From an uncultured Acidobacteriota bacterium (lineage in GTDB: Bacteria > Acidobacteriota > Thermoanaerobaculia > UBA5066), in assembly GCA_963779415.1 (NCBI GenBank), contig CAVZYA010000002.1, forward strand, positions 288,001 to 352,000: a stretch of DNA of 64,000 nucleotides, in the 5' to 3' direction. A program made the position numbers and the translations under genes. The notes under the pieces are model-generated. The model was not told the DNA's origin. It saw nothing but the letters and a program-made list of their open reading frames with translations, and made no database searches. Below are positions 1-9,179 of the stretch, one piece after another (the first letter of the stretch is position 1; the number at the start of each line of letters is the position of its first letter).

Positions 1-228
1 GAAGCAGATGCAGGCTATGGGCTTCCGTCTGGATTAGGGCTGGCTAACCCCGTATCTGGACTCCTCCTGTTGGTGAAGCGAGGGTGGTGTCTGATCTTTT
101 CCTTCTCGGAGATGGGGTCAGATCTGCCAATTAGGCGACTGGGGTCATAGGCGACTGGGGTCAGGTCTCATATCTGTAGTATGCGCTCGCTCGGGAAGAT
201 GACGGTCAGCAACTATCTTGGACGTCGA

Positions 229-307
229 CGGTGGCCGAAGGTGGCGTGGGTACATGTGCCGGCGGCGGCGCAGGGGGACTTCGTCGCGCGATATCTGCTG
301 CCGGTTC
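229..307 (+). pseudogene. Internally deleted remnant copy of the DUF2784 gene
   Basis: Matches 2345-2384 joined to 2465-2513 across a GCGGCGG microhomology. Confidence 0.8.
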
Positions 308-442
308 CCGGATGCCGTCTTACACTCCATGGAATGCCGGTCCGACGCTGATCTCCGCTCGCGCTTTCGCCGACGACCAGATCTCGCCCCAAATCGTCCG
401 TCAGTGCCTCCCACGGGAGAACCGGGGCATAGGAAGAATCAA

Positions 443-2113
443 ATGATGCGACCCGTACTGCCATTCCTGATGACATCCCTCCTCCTCGTCCCAGATGTCT
501 CGATTGCCCGGGATGTGACCGAAGGCGCGAAGAAGCCGACCGGAGCCCCCGCGGTCGTGCTTCAGATAGACCCACGGCTGATCGCCGAAGCGGCGGAAGT
601 ATGGGCTTTGATCGCGGCGCCGAAGAACCCCGTCTGGCCCGGCTGGGATGCGACGAGCACCCCGATCCTGTTCTACCTGCCCGGCGAACAGGACGTCCTC
701 ATCAATCATCCCCGACCGCCGGAGGGATTCGCCGATTATCGCGGGCCGGTCCGGTTCCCGGGGGGGCGCATCGTGGTCCGCGGCAAGCCCACGATCCTCA
801 ACTGGGACGGCCAGAACACATCGCGCGACATCGAAGGAATCCCGACCCTGGTCGTTGCCGACGCTCTCTCGAACCTGAGGGCGCAGCTCCGGGGTCTGTT
901 GGAGGATCCGCGACCTGCGGCGGAGAAGGTCAAAGGACTCGGTTTCTCCCAGGTGGCTACGGACCCCTATGATCAGCTCGCTCTCATCGCTCATGAGGCG
1001 TTCCACGTCTTCCAGCAACGGGAGGCTCCGGCGAAGCAGGCCAACGAGATGCTGCTGCTGCACTACCCCGTACTCTCGGTGGAGAACAACGTCGCCTTTG
1101 CACAGGAGGGTCTGGCGCTCGCCGCGGCTCTCCGGTCGGAAGCAGACACGGCATTCCGAGCAGCCGTCGTGCAATGGATGGCGCTTCGACGGCTGCGCAG
1201 ATCCGGGCTCCCGTCCGAGGCGATCGAGTACGAGAACGGAATCGAGTTCGGCGAAGGCCTTGCCAAATACGTCGAATACCGGCTGCTCGAATCGCTCGAA
1301 GGTCGGACCCCCCGCCCGGAAATGTGGTGGGTCCAGGGATTCCACGGCTACGGCGATCTGGCTTCCCGCCGCTCCGAACTCGTCGACAGCATGCTCCGAC
1401 AGATGCGCGGCGAGGTTTCGGTCAACAATGACCCATACGGAACCGCCCCTCTCCGAATGAGACTCTACTACTCAGGCATGGCGATCGCCGCCCTGCTCGA
1501 CCGGCTTTCCACGAACTGGAAGGAGCGAATCCTTGAGCCCGGGGTCTCCCTCACGGATCTCGTGGAGGGGGCCGTCCGCATCACGCCGGACGAGGTCCGG
1601 GCCGCGCTCGAGGAAGCGCGACGGGCAGACGGCTACGACGCGCTCGTCGCCGCGAAGAGACGGCTCGCGTTGGAAGGTCGAGCCCGGATCGACGCGATGC
1701 TCGGTCAGATCGAACAGGGCACAGGTACAGGCATCATCGTGGACTACGGCGCACTCGAATCCTCCCGGGTCGCGATGGCCTTCACACCGTTCGGCATCAC
1801 CGCCGTGGACGAGGATCGGACGATCTACGCGCAGGTTCCGATCCGGGCCCGCTTCGCCGACGGCTCGGAGGTCGCGCAGACCGAGCCGTTGCCTCTCCTC
1901 CATGACAAGAAGCGCAAGCTGATCCGGTTCCGGTTGTCAAGGGAGCTGTCTCCAGAGGAGGTCGCCAAGGCGACCGGCAGCGGGCGAGTTGCCTCACCGG
2001 AGGTCCGCAAACTGAAGCTCGACTTGCCCGAGGCGGCGGTGACTTCCGAAGATGCGTCGGTTCACCTGGAGGGAAGGGATCTTCGGATCGTCCTCAAAGC
2101 TCCTCGAAATTAG
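443..2113 (+). CDS. Secreted putative zinc metallopeptidase (HEXXH, gluzincin-like)
   Basis: ATG at 443 after AGGAAG; signal-peptide-like N-terminus; AHEAFH motif and downstream EGLAKYVE. Confidence 0.65.
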   Translation: MMRPVLPFLMTSLLLVPDVSIARDVTEGAKKPTGAPAVVLQIDPRLIAEAAEVWALIAAPKNPVWPGWDATSTPILFYLPGEQDVLINHPRPPEGFADYRGPVRFPGGRIVVRGKPTILNWDGQNTSRDIEGIPTLVVADALSNLRAQLRGLLEDPRPAAEKVKGLGFSQVATDPYDQLALIAHEAFHVFQQREAPAKQANEMLLLHYPVLSVENNVAFAQEGLALAAALRSEADTAFRAAVVQWMALRRLRRSGLPSEAIEYENGIEFGEGLAKYVEYRLLESLEGRTPRPEMWWVQGFHGYGDLASRRSELVDSMLRQMRGEVSVNNDPYGTAPLRMRLYYSGMAIAALLDRLSTNWKERILEPGVSLTDLVEGAVRITPDEVRAALEEARRADGYDALVAAKRRLALEGRARIDAMLGQIEQGTGTGIIVDYGALESSRVAMAFTPFGITAVDEDRTIYAQVPIRARFADGSEVAQTEPLPLLHDKKRKLIRFRLSRELSPEEVAKATGSGRVASPEVRKLKLDLPEAAVTSEDASVHLEGRDLRIVLKAPRN

Positions 2114-2135
2114 CCAGGCCGGTGCGGCCAAGCCT

Positions 2136-2247
2136 GCCAATATGTGGTTCGAAGAAGCCGCGCGTGGCATGACCCTTCCGCCTGACCTGCCCTGGTGTTG
2201 CTCGCGTTCCTCGCCGCTTTACTCTTGCGCCCGCGCTATCGTCCCTC
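2136..2247 (+). repeat. Highly degenerate attC-like site
   Basis: GCCAAT-N-GTTCGA...CGCTATCGTCC lies between two co-oriented genes and resembles the 3595-3677 site. Confidence 0.3.
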
Positions 2248-2260
2248 CTGGGTCGTCGCC

Positions 2261-2623
2261 ATGTACGCCCTCCTTGCCGACACCGTAGCTATCGTCCACT
2301 TCCTTTACGTCGTCTTCGTGATCGCGGGAGGGGTGCTGGCGAGTCGGTGGCCGAAGGTGGCGTGGGTACACGTTCCGGCGGCGGTCTGGGGCGTGCTGGT
2401 CGAGGTGATGGGGTGGGAGTGCCCGCTGACACCGCTGGAGGACCATCTCAGGATGCTCGGCGGAGCGGCGGCGGCGCAGGAGGACTTCGTCGCGCGATAC
2501 CTGCTCCCGGTTCTCTATCCCGAGCGACTGACGCCCACCGTTCAGCGGGGCCTCGGTGCCTTGGTCGTCGCCGTGAACGTGATCGTCTACGCCTTCGTCA
2601 TCCGGAGGCGCCGGGCGGCATGA
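2261..2623 (+). CDS. DUF2784-family membrane protein
   Basis: ADxxAIVHFLYVVFV...WVHVPAAVWG...CPLTPLE signature. Confidence 0.85.
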   Translation: MYALLADTVAIVHFLYVVFVIAGGVLASRWPKVAWVHVPAAVWGVLVEVMGWECPLTPLEDHLRMLGGAAAAQEDFVARYLLPVLYPERLTPTVQRGLGALVVAVNVIVYAFVIRRRRAA

Positions 2624-2624
2624 G

Positions 2625-2649
2625 CGCGCTGAACGGCGTATCGTTAGTG
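2625..2649 (+). repeat. attC right-half remnant
   Basis: GCTGAACGGCGTATCGTTAG, nearly identical to the right half of 2974-3033, ~20 bp upstream of the next start. Confidence 0.5.
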
Positions 2650-2668
2650 CCTCCGGGGACGTGCACTC

Positions 2669-2960
2669 GTGAACCCTGAATCCTTGCGCCTCGCAGACTG
2701 GTCCGTCTCGGTCCGCGGCTCGTCCCTGAAGCGGCTTCTTCTGGTCACGTCCGGATTCGAGAATTGGCGCCTGACGCCGGACTCGATGAGCTTTGCGGAC
2801 CTCGCCTTTCATCTGATCGAGGCCGACGAGTGGCTCTTCAGGAAGCTGGCTGAACCTACACTGGCACCCATCGTCCCTCTCGCGGTAACCTCGATCACGA
2901 GATTCACCACCGAGGTCAGCTCGTGGCGTGGCTACGGGCGGCAGGCCTCGCTCCCCAGAC
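2669..2960 (+). pseudogene. DinB-like protein, truncated or degenerate 3' part
   Basis: WRLTPDSMSFADLAFHLIEADEW resembles the DinB N-terminal helix pair; the ORF then runs through the attC site. Confidence 0.5.
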
Positions 2961-2973
2961 TCCGGCAGTCGGC

Positions 2974-3033
2974 GTCTAACCTCTCGCCGCGACCGACTCG
3001 CTTCGCTTGCCGCCGAACGGCGTATCGTGAGCC
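2974..3033 (+). repeat. Degenerate attC (59-base-element-like) site
   Basis: 60 bp: R'' GTCTAAC, central ACTCGCTTCGCTTGC, GCCGAAC, degenerate R' GTGAGCC. Confidence 0.6.
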
Positions 3034-3057
3034 GCAGCGGAGAGAGCGGATCGCGAC

Positions 3058-3564
3058 ATGGCTCGGCACCCGCCATACATCTGGATTCTTCTCCTCGCCG
3101 TCTTGCTCGTGAACGGCGCGCTGTCCGTTGCCGTCGTGCGCGTCTTCCGGCTCCCGGCCACCTTCACCGCACCCGCATGGCTCGCCTGGTCTGTCGGCGG
3201 CCTTCTGATTCTGGTCGGCATGGCGACTTACGGTTTCGCTATGCGCCACCTGTCCCTGCGCCGGGCCTTCGGCACCGAGATCTACGCTTCTCCCGCAGAG
3301 TCCGTCCTCGTCACGACAGGTCCATACGCCTGCGTCCGCAACCCTCTCTATCTCGGTGCCACTATCGCCCTGATCGGCTGGATCCTTCTGCTCCGCTCCG
3401 TCATCCTTACGGTCGCAACCGCCCTGATGATCATCCTCTTCGTTTTCGTCGCGAAATGGGAGGAGCGAGAACTCCTGTCGCGGCTCGGCGACAGGTACGA
3501 CGCCTATCGGCGTGCTACGCCCCTCTTCGTTCCACGCCTGCCGGGCCGCACGCGCCGCGGTTGA
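3058..3564 (+). CDS. Isoprenylcysteine carboxylmethyltransferase / PEMT family membrane protein
   Basis: LVTTGPYACVRNPLYLG and EERELLSRLGDRYDAYRRATP motifs. Confidence 0.85.
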   Translation: MARHPPYIWILLLAVLLVNGALSVAVVRVFRLPATFTAPAWLAWSVGGLLILVGMATYGFAMRHLSLRRAFGTEIYASPAESVLVTTGPYACVRNPLYLGATIALIGWILLLRSVILTVATALMIILFVFVAKWEERELLSRLGDRYDAYRRATPLFVPRLPGRTRRG

Positions 3565-3594
3565 GCGGGGTGTCGGGCGGTCGATGCACCTCTC

Positions 3595-3677
3595 GCGTGG
3601 CCGCCCCACTGACCGGGCGTACTCGCCCGTTGCGGCGCCCTCGCTTGCGCTCGGCCGTGAAAACGCTATCGTTACGC
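3595..3677 (+). repeat. Degenerate attC-like site
   Basis: TGACCGGGCG...TCGCTTGCGCTCGG...CGCTATCGTTACGC ends 16 bp before the next start. Confidence 0.45.
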
Positions 3678-3693
3678 GCCGGGGGCGACTTCC

Positions 3694-4146
3694 GTGACTT
3701 CCATCGAGCTTCAGGAGTATCTGCATCGACACTTTCCCCTTTCCAGGGCGATGCAGGTCGCCGTCCTCCGGGTGGATGAAGAGGGTGTGATTCTGAGCGC
3801 GCCTCTTCCACCCAATATCAATCAGACCGAGACCGTCTTCGGAGGAAGCGCCTCCGCGGTTGCCATCCTCGCCGCATGGTCCCTGCTTCACACACGCCTC
3901 CGAAGCCCCGGCGTGGCCCGACGCCTCGTCATTCAACGCCACACCATGAACTTCGATTTTCCGATCTCCGGCACTTTCACGGCGCGCGCTTTCATCACGC
4001 AGCCTGCAGACTGGCCCCATTTCGCGCGAGTGCTCGCGCGGAAGGGCCGTGCCCGAATCACGGTTTCCGCCGTGCTCGAGTACGGCGGGAAGGTCGCCGC
4101 CTCTCTCGAGGGCGCGTTCGTCGCGATGGGCCCCCAGGAGGCCTGA
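3694..4146 (+). CDS. YiiD C-terminal-type thioesterase domain protein
   Basis: LHRHFPLSRAMQV...APLPPNINQTETVFGGS hot-dog fold signature. Confidence 0.85.
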   Translation: MTSIELQEYLHRHFPLSRAMQVAVLRVDEEGVILSAPLPPNINQTETVFGGSASAVAILAAWSLLHTRLRSPGVARRLVIQRHTMNFDFPISGTFTARAFITQPADWPHFARVLARKGRARITVSAVLEYGGKVAASLEGAFVAMGPQEA

Positions 4147-4180
4147 GTCTTCGTGAGGTGCCCTCCGATCGAAACGCGGT

Positions 4181-4399
4181 ATGGCCCGGAAGAACGGGAT
4201 TACTGACGGGTTCGTCACGCTCCGGAGCCCCCGGCACGTCGACATCAGCGCCGACCGTGCCTATGTCGTCGTTCCCGCGGACTACACGTTCAAGAAGAAC
4301 GGAAAGCCGGTCAAGGAGACCGGCTCCACGTTGACCCTGGCTCTTCAGAAGAGCGCGACAGGCTGGCGCATCACGGCATGGGCCTGGGCAAAGCACTAG
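4181..4399 (+). pseudogene. C-terminal fragment of an NTF2/DUF4440-like protein
   Basis: RAYVVVPADYTF...LTLALQKSATGWRITAWAW is an NTF2-like C-terminus; N-terminus missing. Confidence 0.55.
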
Positions 4400-4454
4400 G
4401 CCCCGCAAAGCCAACAGCGTAGACTCGATCCACGGTTCAGCCAGAGGGCTGCTG

Positions 4455-4664
4455 ATGACCGGCAAGGTGGTCAAGGTGGATGCGGCGGCCAAGACCTTTA
4501 CCGTCGTCTCGAAAGGGAAGCAGCTCACCTTCTCCGCCCCGAAGCAGAAGGGCCCTCTCTCCAAAGTCGGGTCTATCGTCGACATCACCTATACACAGCC
4601 GACGCCCGGCGGGCCGCTGCAGTCGATCAACCTGAACTCCTCGAGGTCGAACACCTTCTGGTAG
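4455..4664 (+). CDS. Small OB-fold-like hypothetical protein (possibly 5'-truncated)
   Basis: GKVVKVDAAAKTFTV...KVGSIVDITY pattern; host-like codon usage. Confidence 0.5.
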   Translation: MTGKVVKVDAAAKTFTVVSKGKQLTFSAPKQKGPLSKVGSIVDITYTQPTPGGPLQSINLNSSRSNTFW

Positions 4665-4728
4665 GCGGTCGTCTCGAGTCGAGGCATATCGACGACCCCG
4701 GTGCTTCCCTCCGCGGTTCACGGTCGGT

Positions 4729-4791
4729 TGGCCCCGACTGCAACCTTTGGCCGCTCAAGCAACTTGAAAGCCTCTCTTCCGGCTCTACCTT
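4729..4791 (+). promoter_or_regulatory. Direct-repeat operator plus sigma70 promoter, copy 1
   Basis: TGGCC-N6-GCAAC-N3-TGGCC-N6-GCAAC, then TTGAAA-N16-TACCTT. Confidence 0.6.
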
Positions 4792-4856
4792 CTTAGACGG
4801 CCTTCTCTCGAGGAGGCGGCGTCTGATTCACTGGAATCAGCCAGGAGGAACTTCAC

Positions 4857-5306
4857 ATGTCGAATGCCAAGCCCACTCCCGGCCCCTGTAACCCCGCCTG
4901 CACCAGCGTCATCAAGTTCCTGACCGGCCACGCCCTGCCGCCGAGCATCGGAATCAGCGTCGGGTCCTACGCCAACATCGACCACTACCGCCACCTCAAC
5001 GTCTTTGTCCGGTTCAGCCAGGTCGCGGCTGACGAGCCCCCCGTCGATCTCGGGGTCATGTTCGCGTTCGACGCGGCCGGCGACATGGGGGCACGCCGGT
5101 ACGCCAATCTCGAGGAGAACGCCTCCGGCCCGCAGAGCACAAATTTCATCGAAGTCTCCGGCCAGGGGAGCTGGCACGGCTCTCCGCACAACATCAGCAG
5201 CTACATCGCGCGATTTCCTGTCATGGGGCCCTTCGTCCAAGTCTTCGTCTACAATCGCGCTTCCATCGCGAGAACCGTCACCGTCTGGGGTTATCTCGTG
5301 TCGTGA
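4857..5306 (+). CDS. Hypothetical beta-rich protein
   Basis: AGGAGG RBS, clean 149-aa ORF, GC3-rich codons. Confidence 0.75.
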   Translation: MSNAKPTPGPCNPACTSVIKFLTGHALPPSIGISVGSYANIDHYRHLNVFVRFSQVAADEPPVDLGVMFAFDAAGDMGARRYANLEENASGPQSTNFIEVSGQGSWHGSPHNISSYIARFPVMGPFVQVFVYNRASIARTVTVWGYLVS

Positions 5307-5398
5307 GGGACGGCATGCCGTCATCTCCCGGCCATCGGGACCGCCTTCACTGATCGGCGCCGGGCGCTAAGATCAGCGGCGTGCCGAAGGGGGACGCC

Positions 5399-6343
5399 AT
5401 GGCGGAACTTCACGTGATCTTCGGGTCCGGGCAGGTGGGCACTCCGCTTGCGGCACGGCTTCTCGCCGAAGGGAAGCGTGTGCGCGTGGTACGCAGGTCG
5501 GCCGGGGCCGTCGCCGAAGGGGCCGAGACGCGGCGCGGGGATGCACTGGATCCCATGTTCTGCGCCGAGGCCGCGATGGGGGCCTCCGTCGTCTACCACT
5601 GCATGAACCCGGCCTACTCGACCTCCGTCTGGACCGAACAGGTTCCGCGGTACATGGAGAACCTGATCTCCGCGGCCGGGAAGGCCGGGGCGCGGCTGGT
5701 CGTCCTGGACAACGTCTACATGCTCGGGAAACCCGCTGGCCGCCCGCTGGGCGAGGAGACGCCCATGAACCCCTGCAGCCGGAAGGGGGAGATCCGCGCG
5801 CGGACGGCCGAGCGTCTCTTCGACGCACACCGAAAGGGAGAGGTGCGCGCCGTCGTCGGCCGCGCGTCGGATTTCTACGGCCCCGGAGGCGGGCTGACAT
5901 ACCTCGGGGACTACTTCTGGAAGCCGGCGCTGAAGGGAAAGACGATCCGGATTCCGATCGACCCGGACGCCATTCATACGTACCACTACATCCCGGACGT
6001 CGCGTCTGGCCTCGCCGTCCTCGGCTCCGCCCCCGACGACGCCCTCGGACGACCCTGGATGCTCCCCTGCCGGCCGGCGGAGTCGCTCCGGCGTCTCGCG
6101 GAGCGCCTCGCCCGCCATCTCGGCCACCCGATCAAGGTCTCACGCGTCCCGCCACTCCTTCTCTCCGCGCTGTCACTCGTCGTCCCGCTCGTTCGGGAGC
6201 TGCAGGAGATGGCTTACCAGTGGGACGAGCCGTTCGTCGTGGACGATCGCCGCTTCCGCGAGCGCTTCGGCCTTGCGCCGGCCGATGCGGAAGATGCGGC
6301 GCGGGCGACCGTGGAGTGGGCGCTGGCGGCCTACCCGGCCTGA
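5399..6343 (+). CDS. NAD-dependent epimerase/dehydratase family protein
   Basis: VIFGSGQVG Rossmann motif; RASDFYGPG. Confidence 0.85.
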   Translation: MAELHVIFGSGQVGTPLAARLLAEGKRVRVVRRSAGAVAEGAETRRGDALDPMFCAEAAMGASVVYHCMNPAYSTSVWTEQVPRYMENLISAAGKAGARLVVLDNVYMLGKPAGRPLGEETPMNPCSRKGEIRARTAERLFDAHRKGEVRAVVGRASDFYGPGGGLTYLGDYFWKPALKGKTIRIPIDPDAIHTYHYIPDVASGLAVLGSAPDDALGRPWMLPCRPAESLRRLAERLARHLGHPIKVSRVPPLLLSALSLVVPLVRELQEMAYQWDEPFVVDDRRFRERFGLAPADAEDAARATVEWALAAYPA

Positions 6344-6567
6344 TACGACCGAGACCTTGGCAGCATCCTTTGTCGGCCAAACGTAAGTTGTTGATAAGCA
6401 ACGATTTCGCGCCGCCGACGTTTTCTCGGGTCTCTTTTCCCCCCGCCTCCGGAGTTTTTCCCCGGGGAGATGCGAACTCAAACCCCGGAATTCCCGGCTC
6501 TTGCCCGATGGAAAGGAACCTTGCGCGGGCCTACCTTACACACGTGAGCGAAAACAGGAGGCCGAAC

Positions 6568-6990
6568 ATGAGACAGCACGAAGGCGGAGACAAGGTTCCT
6601 GGCGGGTTCTACTGGAAGCAGAACAACTGGGAGATCGAGGTCGTCAAGGGAGACGAGGGGACGCTTCCGGGAAACGCCGACACCACCTACGTGCGGATCC
6701 CGACGGTGGCGATGCTCCTCGGCGCGCCGGTGATGGGCGGGCTTTTCGTGATCTTCCTCCCCTTCCTCGGCTTCGCGATGCTGGCCAACCACCTCGGCAA
6801 GAAGGCCTTCTCCGGCATGAAGCAGGCGGCCGACGAGATCGGCGCGGCGGTCGGCCCGGCGTGGCAGCCCGGCGAGGCCCGCTTCACCTCCAGGAAAAAG
6901 GCGAAGAAGGGCAAGAAGACCGAGAACGTCAAGGTCGACGAGAAGACGGAAGCCAAGGCCGAAGCCAAGCCCGAAGACGGGAAGAAGTAA
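6568..6990 (+). CDS. Small membrane protein, copy A
   Basis: AGGAGG RBS; VPGGFYW N-terminal domain, hydrophobic APVMGGLFVIFLPFLGF segment, Lys-rich tail. Confidence 0.85.
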   Translation: MRQHEGGDKVPGGFYWKQNNWEIEVVKGDEGTLPGNADTTYVRIPTVAMLLGAPVMGGLFVIFLPFLGFAMLANHLGKKAFSGMKQAADEIGAAVGPAWQPGEARFTSRKKAKKGKKTENVKVDEKTEAKAEAKPEDGKK

Positions 6991-7019
6991 GCCCCCCCGC
7001 ATCCCGGGCGCGGATGCGG

Positions 7020-7050
7020 AGCCGCCCTGCCAACGCGGGGCGGCTTTGTT
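7020..7050 (+). terminator. Rho-independent terminator
   Basis: AGCCGCCC...GGGCGGCT stem followed by TTGTT; preceded by a CCGCATCC/GGATGCGG hairpin. Confidence 0.65.
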
Positions 7051-7108
7051 GTTCAGGCCTTCGAGAGTCGAAGAAGATTCTTTCTGTCCAAGCCTGGCTA
7101 TCTCTTTC

Positions 7109-7172
7109 TGGCCCCTACGGCAACGTTCGGCCGCTCCGGCCACTTGAAACTTCGGCGCAGGGCTCCTAAGCT
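7109..7172 (+). promoter_or_regulatory. Direct-repeat operator plus sigma70 promoter, copy 2
   Basis: TGGCCCCTACGGCAACGTTCGGCCGCTCCGGCCAC, then TTGAAA-N17-TAAGCT. Confidence 0.65.
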
Positions 7173-7379
7173 GGTAGATGCCTTTCATCAAGGGAGACGC
7201 GAGGGGAGGAAGTCCATCTCGGGACGCCCCCGCCGAAACAGGAGCCGGGCGCTGTCCGCCTCGGCGCGCTGGCCCCGGATTCACGCCGCAGCGCTACCGT
7301 CCCGCGCACGTCGGGGAGAAATGAGGCCTGACTCCACGTTTCGCTATTCCTGATGTCATGAAGATCACCTGGAGAACGC

Positions 7380-8231
7380 ATGAGAAAAGCGCGGCACCCT
7401 TCCACGGCGAGCCCCTTCGGGATTCTTCTTCTGCCCCTCGCGGCGCTGCTCTCCAGCGGATGCGTCACGTTCCCCGCCGTTCGGGCCGTCGCGAGCGCCT
7501 CCCAGCAGGCCTCTGCGCCTTTTCGGGAGATCGCCGCCGACATGCCGGCCTCCTGCCTGCGAGCCGAGGCCTACCGCCCGGCCGGCCTGGGTCCCGAGTC
7601 GGCGTGCACCACGCTCGAGAAGGTCAAGCCGTCCCTTCTCGACGTTCAGAACGTTCTCGACAACTACTTCGGCGTCCTGGGGCAGCTGGCGAGCAACCAG
7701 CCGGTCTCTTTCGACAAGCCGTTCGACCAGCTCACGGCTGCCGTAAAGGCCGGCACGAAGGTCCCCGCCGCCCAGATCGACGCCGTCGACAGCCTGGCGA
7801 AGTACCTCGCCGACCTCGCCACCCGGGCCATTCGCGAAGCCACCCTGAAGGACGTCATCGCCGCCCAGAATGGAAACGTCCAGAAGGTGCTCGAGGCCCA
7901 GAAGACGATCGCCGGAAACGACTATCGCCAGCTCCTCGAGAACGAAGACCGGGCCCTTCATTTCCATTTCGACGCGACTCCCCAGGACCGGGCACGGGAG
8001 CCCCTCGCCGTCAAGCTGGCCGAGGACCAGCTGCGGGAGAGGCTGGCCGTTCTGAAGACACGGCTCGCCGCAATCGACACGTACGAGAAGGCGCTCGACC
8101 GGGTCGCACAGGCCCATCAGCGCCTCTACGACCACCGAGACGATCTGAGCGCGAAGGACCTCGCCAGCGCGCTCTACACGGAGGCGAGGACGTTGATCGC
8201 CCTGGCGAACCAGGTCGAGAAGGCCTTCTAG
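7380..8231 (+). CDS. Alpha-helical lipoprotein
   Basis: Hydrophobic signal ending in LSSGC lipobox; helical composition. Confidence 0.8.
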   Translation: MRKARHPSTASPFGILLLPLAALLSSGCVTFPAVRAVASASQQASAPFREIAADMPASCLRAEAYRPAGLGPESACTTLEKVKPSLLDVQNVLDNYFGVLGQLASNQPVSFDKPFDQLTAAVKAGTKVPAAQIDAVDSLAKYLADLATRAIREATLKDVIAAQNGNVQKVLEAQKTIAGNDYRQLLENEDRALHFHFDATPQDRAREPLAVKLAEDQLRERLAVLKTRLAAIDTYEKALDRVAQAHQRLYDHRDDLSAKDLASALYTEARTLIALANQVEKAF

Positions 8232-8255
8232 AAGACCCCGACGTGTGAGGACACC

Positions 8256-8645
8256 ATGCCGACGCTCCCCGCCGATGACGCCCGTGATCTCGCCCGCCAG
8301 TTCGGCGACCTCTCGTATGCCGTTCACGTCTATCTCATCGAGAACTGGAAGAAGCTGAAGCCGAGAGAACGCAGTCTCCTCGAGGCCTATCAGTGGAACC
8401 TCCTCGGTCTCTCGTCCGATCTCGTCGCTCAGGCGGTGACGGTGACGCTGCAGGACCTCGAGGCGACGCTCAAGAAGATCAACGACGCCACGACGAAGGC
8501 CCGGTCCGTCCTCAAGACCATCAAGGACGTCCAGAAGGCCGTCACCATCGTCGCGGCGGCCGCGGGCCTGGCCGCAGCAATCGCGACCGGGAACGCCGGG
8601 GCGATCGTCTCGGGCGTCGAGAACCTCGCGTCCACGCTGAGTTAA
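8256..8645 (+). CDS. Small helical protein with C-terminal hydrophobic hairpin
   Basis: GAGG RBS; amphipathic helices; VTIVAAAAGLAAAIATGNAGAIVSG. Confidence 0.8.
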   Translation: MPTLPADDARDLARQFGDLSYAVHVYLIENWKKLKPRERSLLEAYQWNLLGLSSDLVAQAVTVTLQDLEATLKKINDATTKARSVLKTIKDVQKAVTIVAAAAGLAAAIATGNAGAIVSGVENLASTLS

Positions 8646-8665
8646 GTACCCGTCAAGGAGACACA

Positions 8666-9112
8666 ATGAAAGCCGCATTTGGTGGTCTGATCGCAGTGGT
8701 TCTCCTCGGAATCTACGTTCATCTTCTACGCCTTGCTTACCTCGTCGTGAACTGCATGAACACGCCGGGGTGCACGGTCTACCCCGCCGACTATTTCAAC
8801 GACCAGATGGCACAGGCGTTGTCTCTCATTGGCGGGCTCGTCTCGGCCCTCGTCATCGCCGAGCTGGCGATCACGAAGCCTGGTGAGGCGCCCGCCGCAA
8901 GGGCCCTCGCGGAGAATGCGTCGGATAGGACAAAGGGCATTCTCAAGATCGTTACTGCTTTCTACATGGTCATCTGGATAGTCGCGGGATTAGCGGCCTT
9001 CTTCATCGGCCTCTATCATCCGAAAAGCCTTCCGGCCATCACGACCACTGGCCAAGCGTGGCTCGGCCTCGCCGTGGCGGCTGGGTACGCGTACTTCGGC
9101 CTGAAACCCTAG
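8666..9112 (+). CDS. Four-TM membrane protein
   Basis: AAGGAG RBS, ATG 8666, four hydrophobic segments. Confidence 0.8.
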   Translation: MKAAFGGLIAVVLLGIYVHLLRLAYLVVNCMNTPGCTVYPADYFNDQMAQALSLIGGLVSALVIAELAITKPGEAPAARALAENASDRTKGILKIVTAFYMVIWIVAGLAAFFIGLYHPKSLPAITTTGQAWLGLAVAAGYAYFGLKP

Positions 9113-9179
9113 TAAGAAGGCTACTTCCACGGAAGGAACCAGTACCCGCCGCATCGGACCCCCCTGGGAGGTCAGACCG

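Larger units (their letters stand above)
6446..7050 (+). repeat. ~605-bp direct repeat, copy A (upstream region + small gene + terminator)
   Basis: Near-identical to 12855-13458 at offset 6409. Confidence 0.95.

Noticed and set aside
6383-6407. TAAGTTGTTGATAAGCAACGATTT imperfect palindrome near the repeat boundary
   Set aside because: Single occurrence; function cannot be supported.
6509-6524. Possible sigma54 promoter TGGAAAGGAACCTTGC
   Set aside because: GG-GC spacing is 11 rather than 10, and the TTGC is not kept in the second repeat copy.
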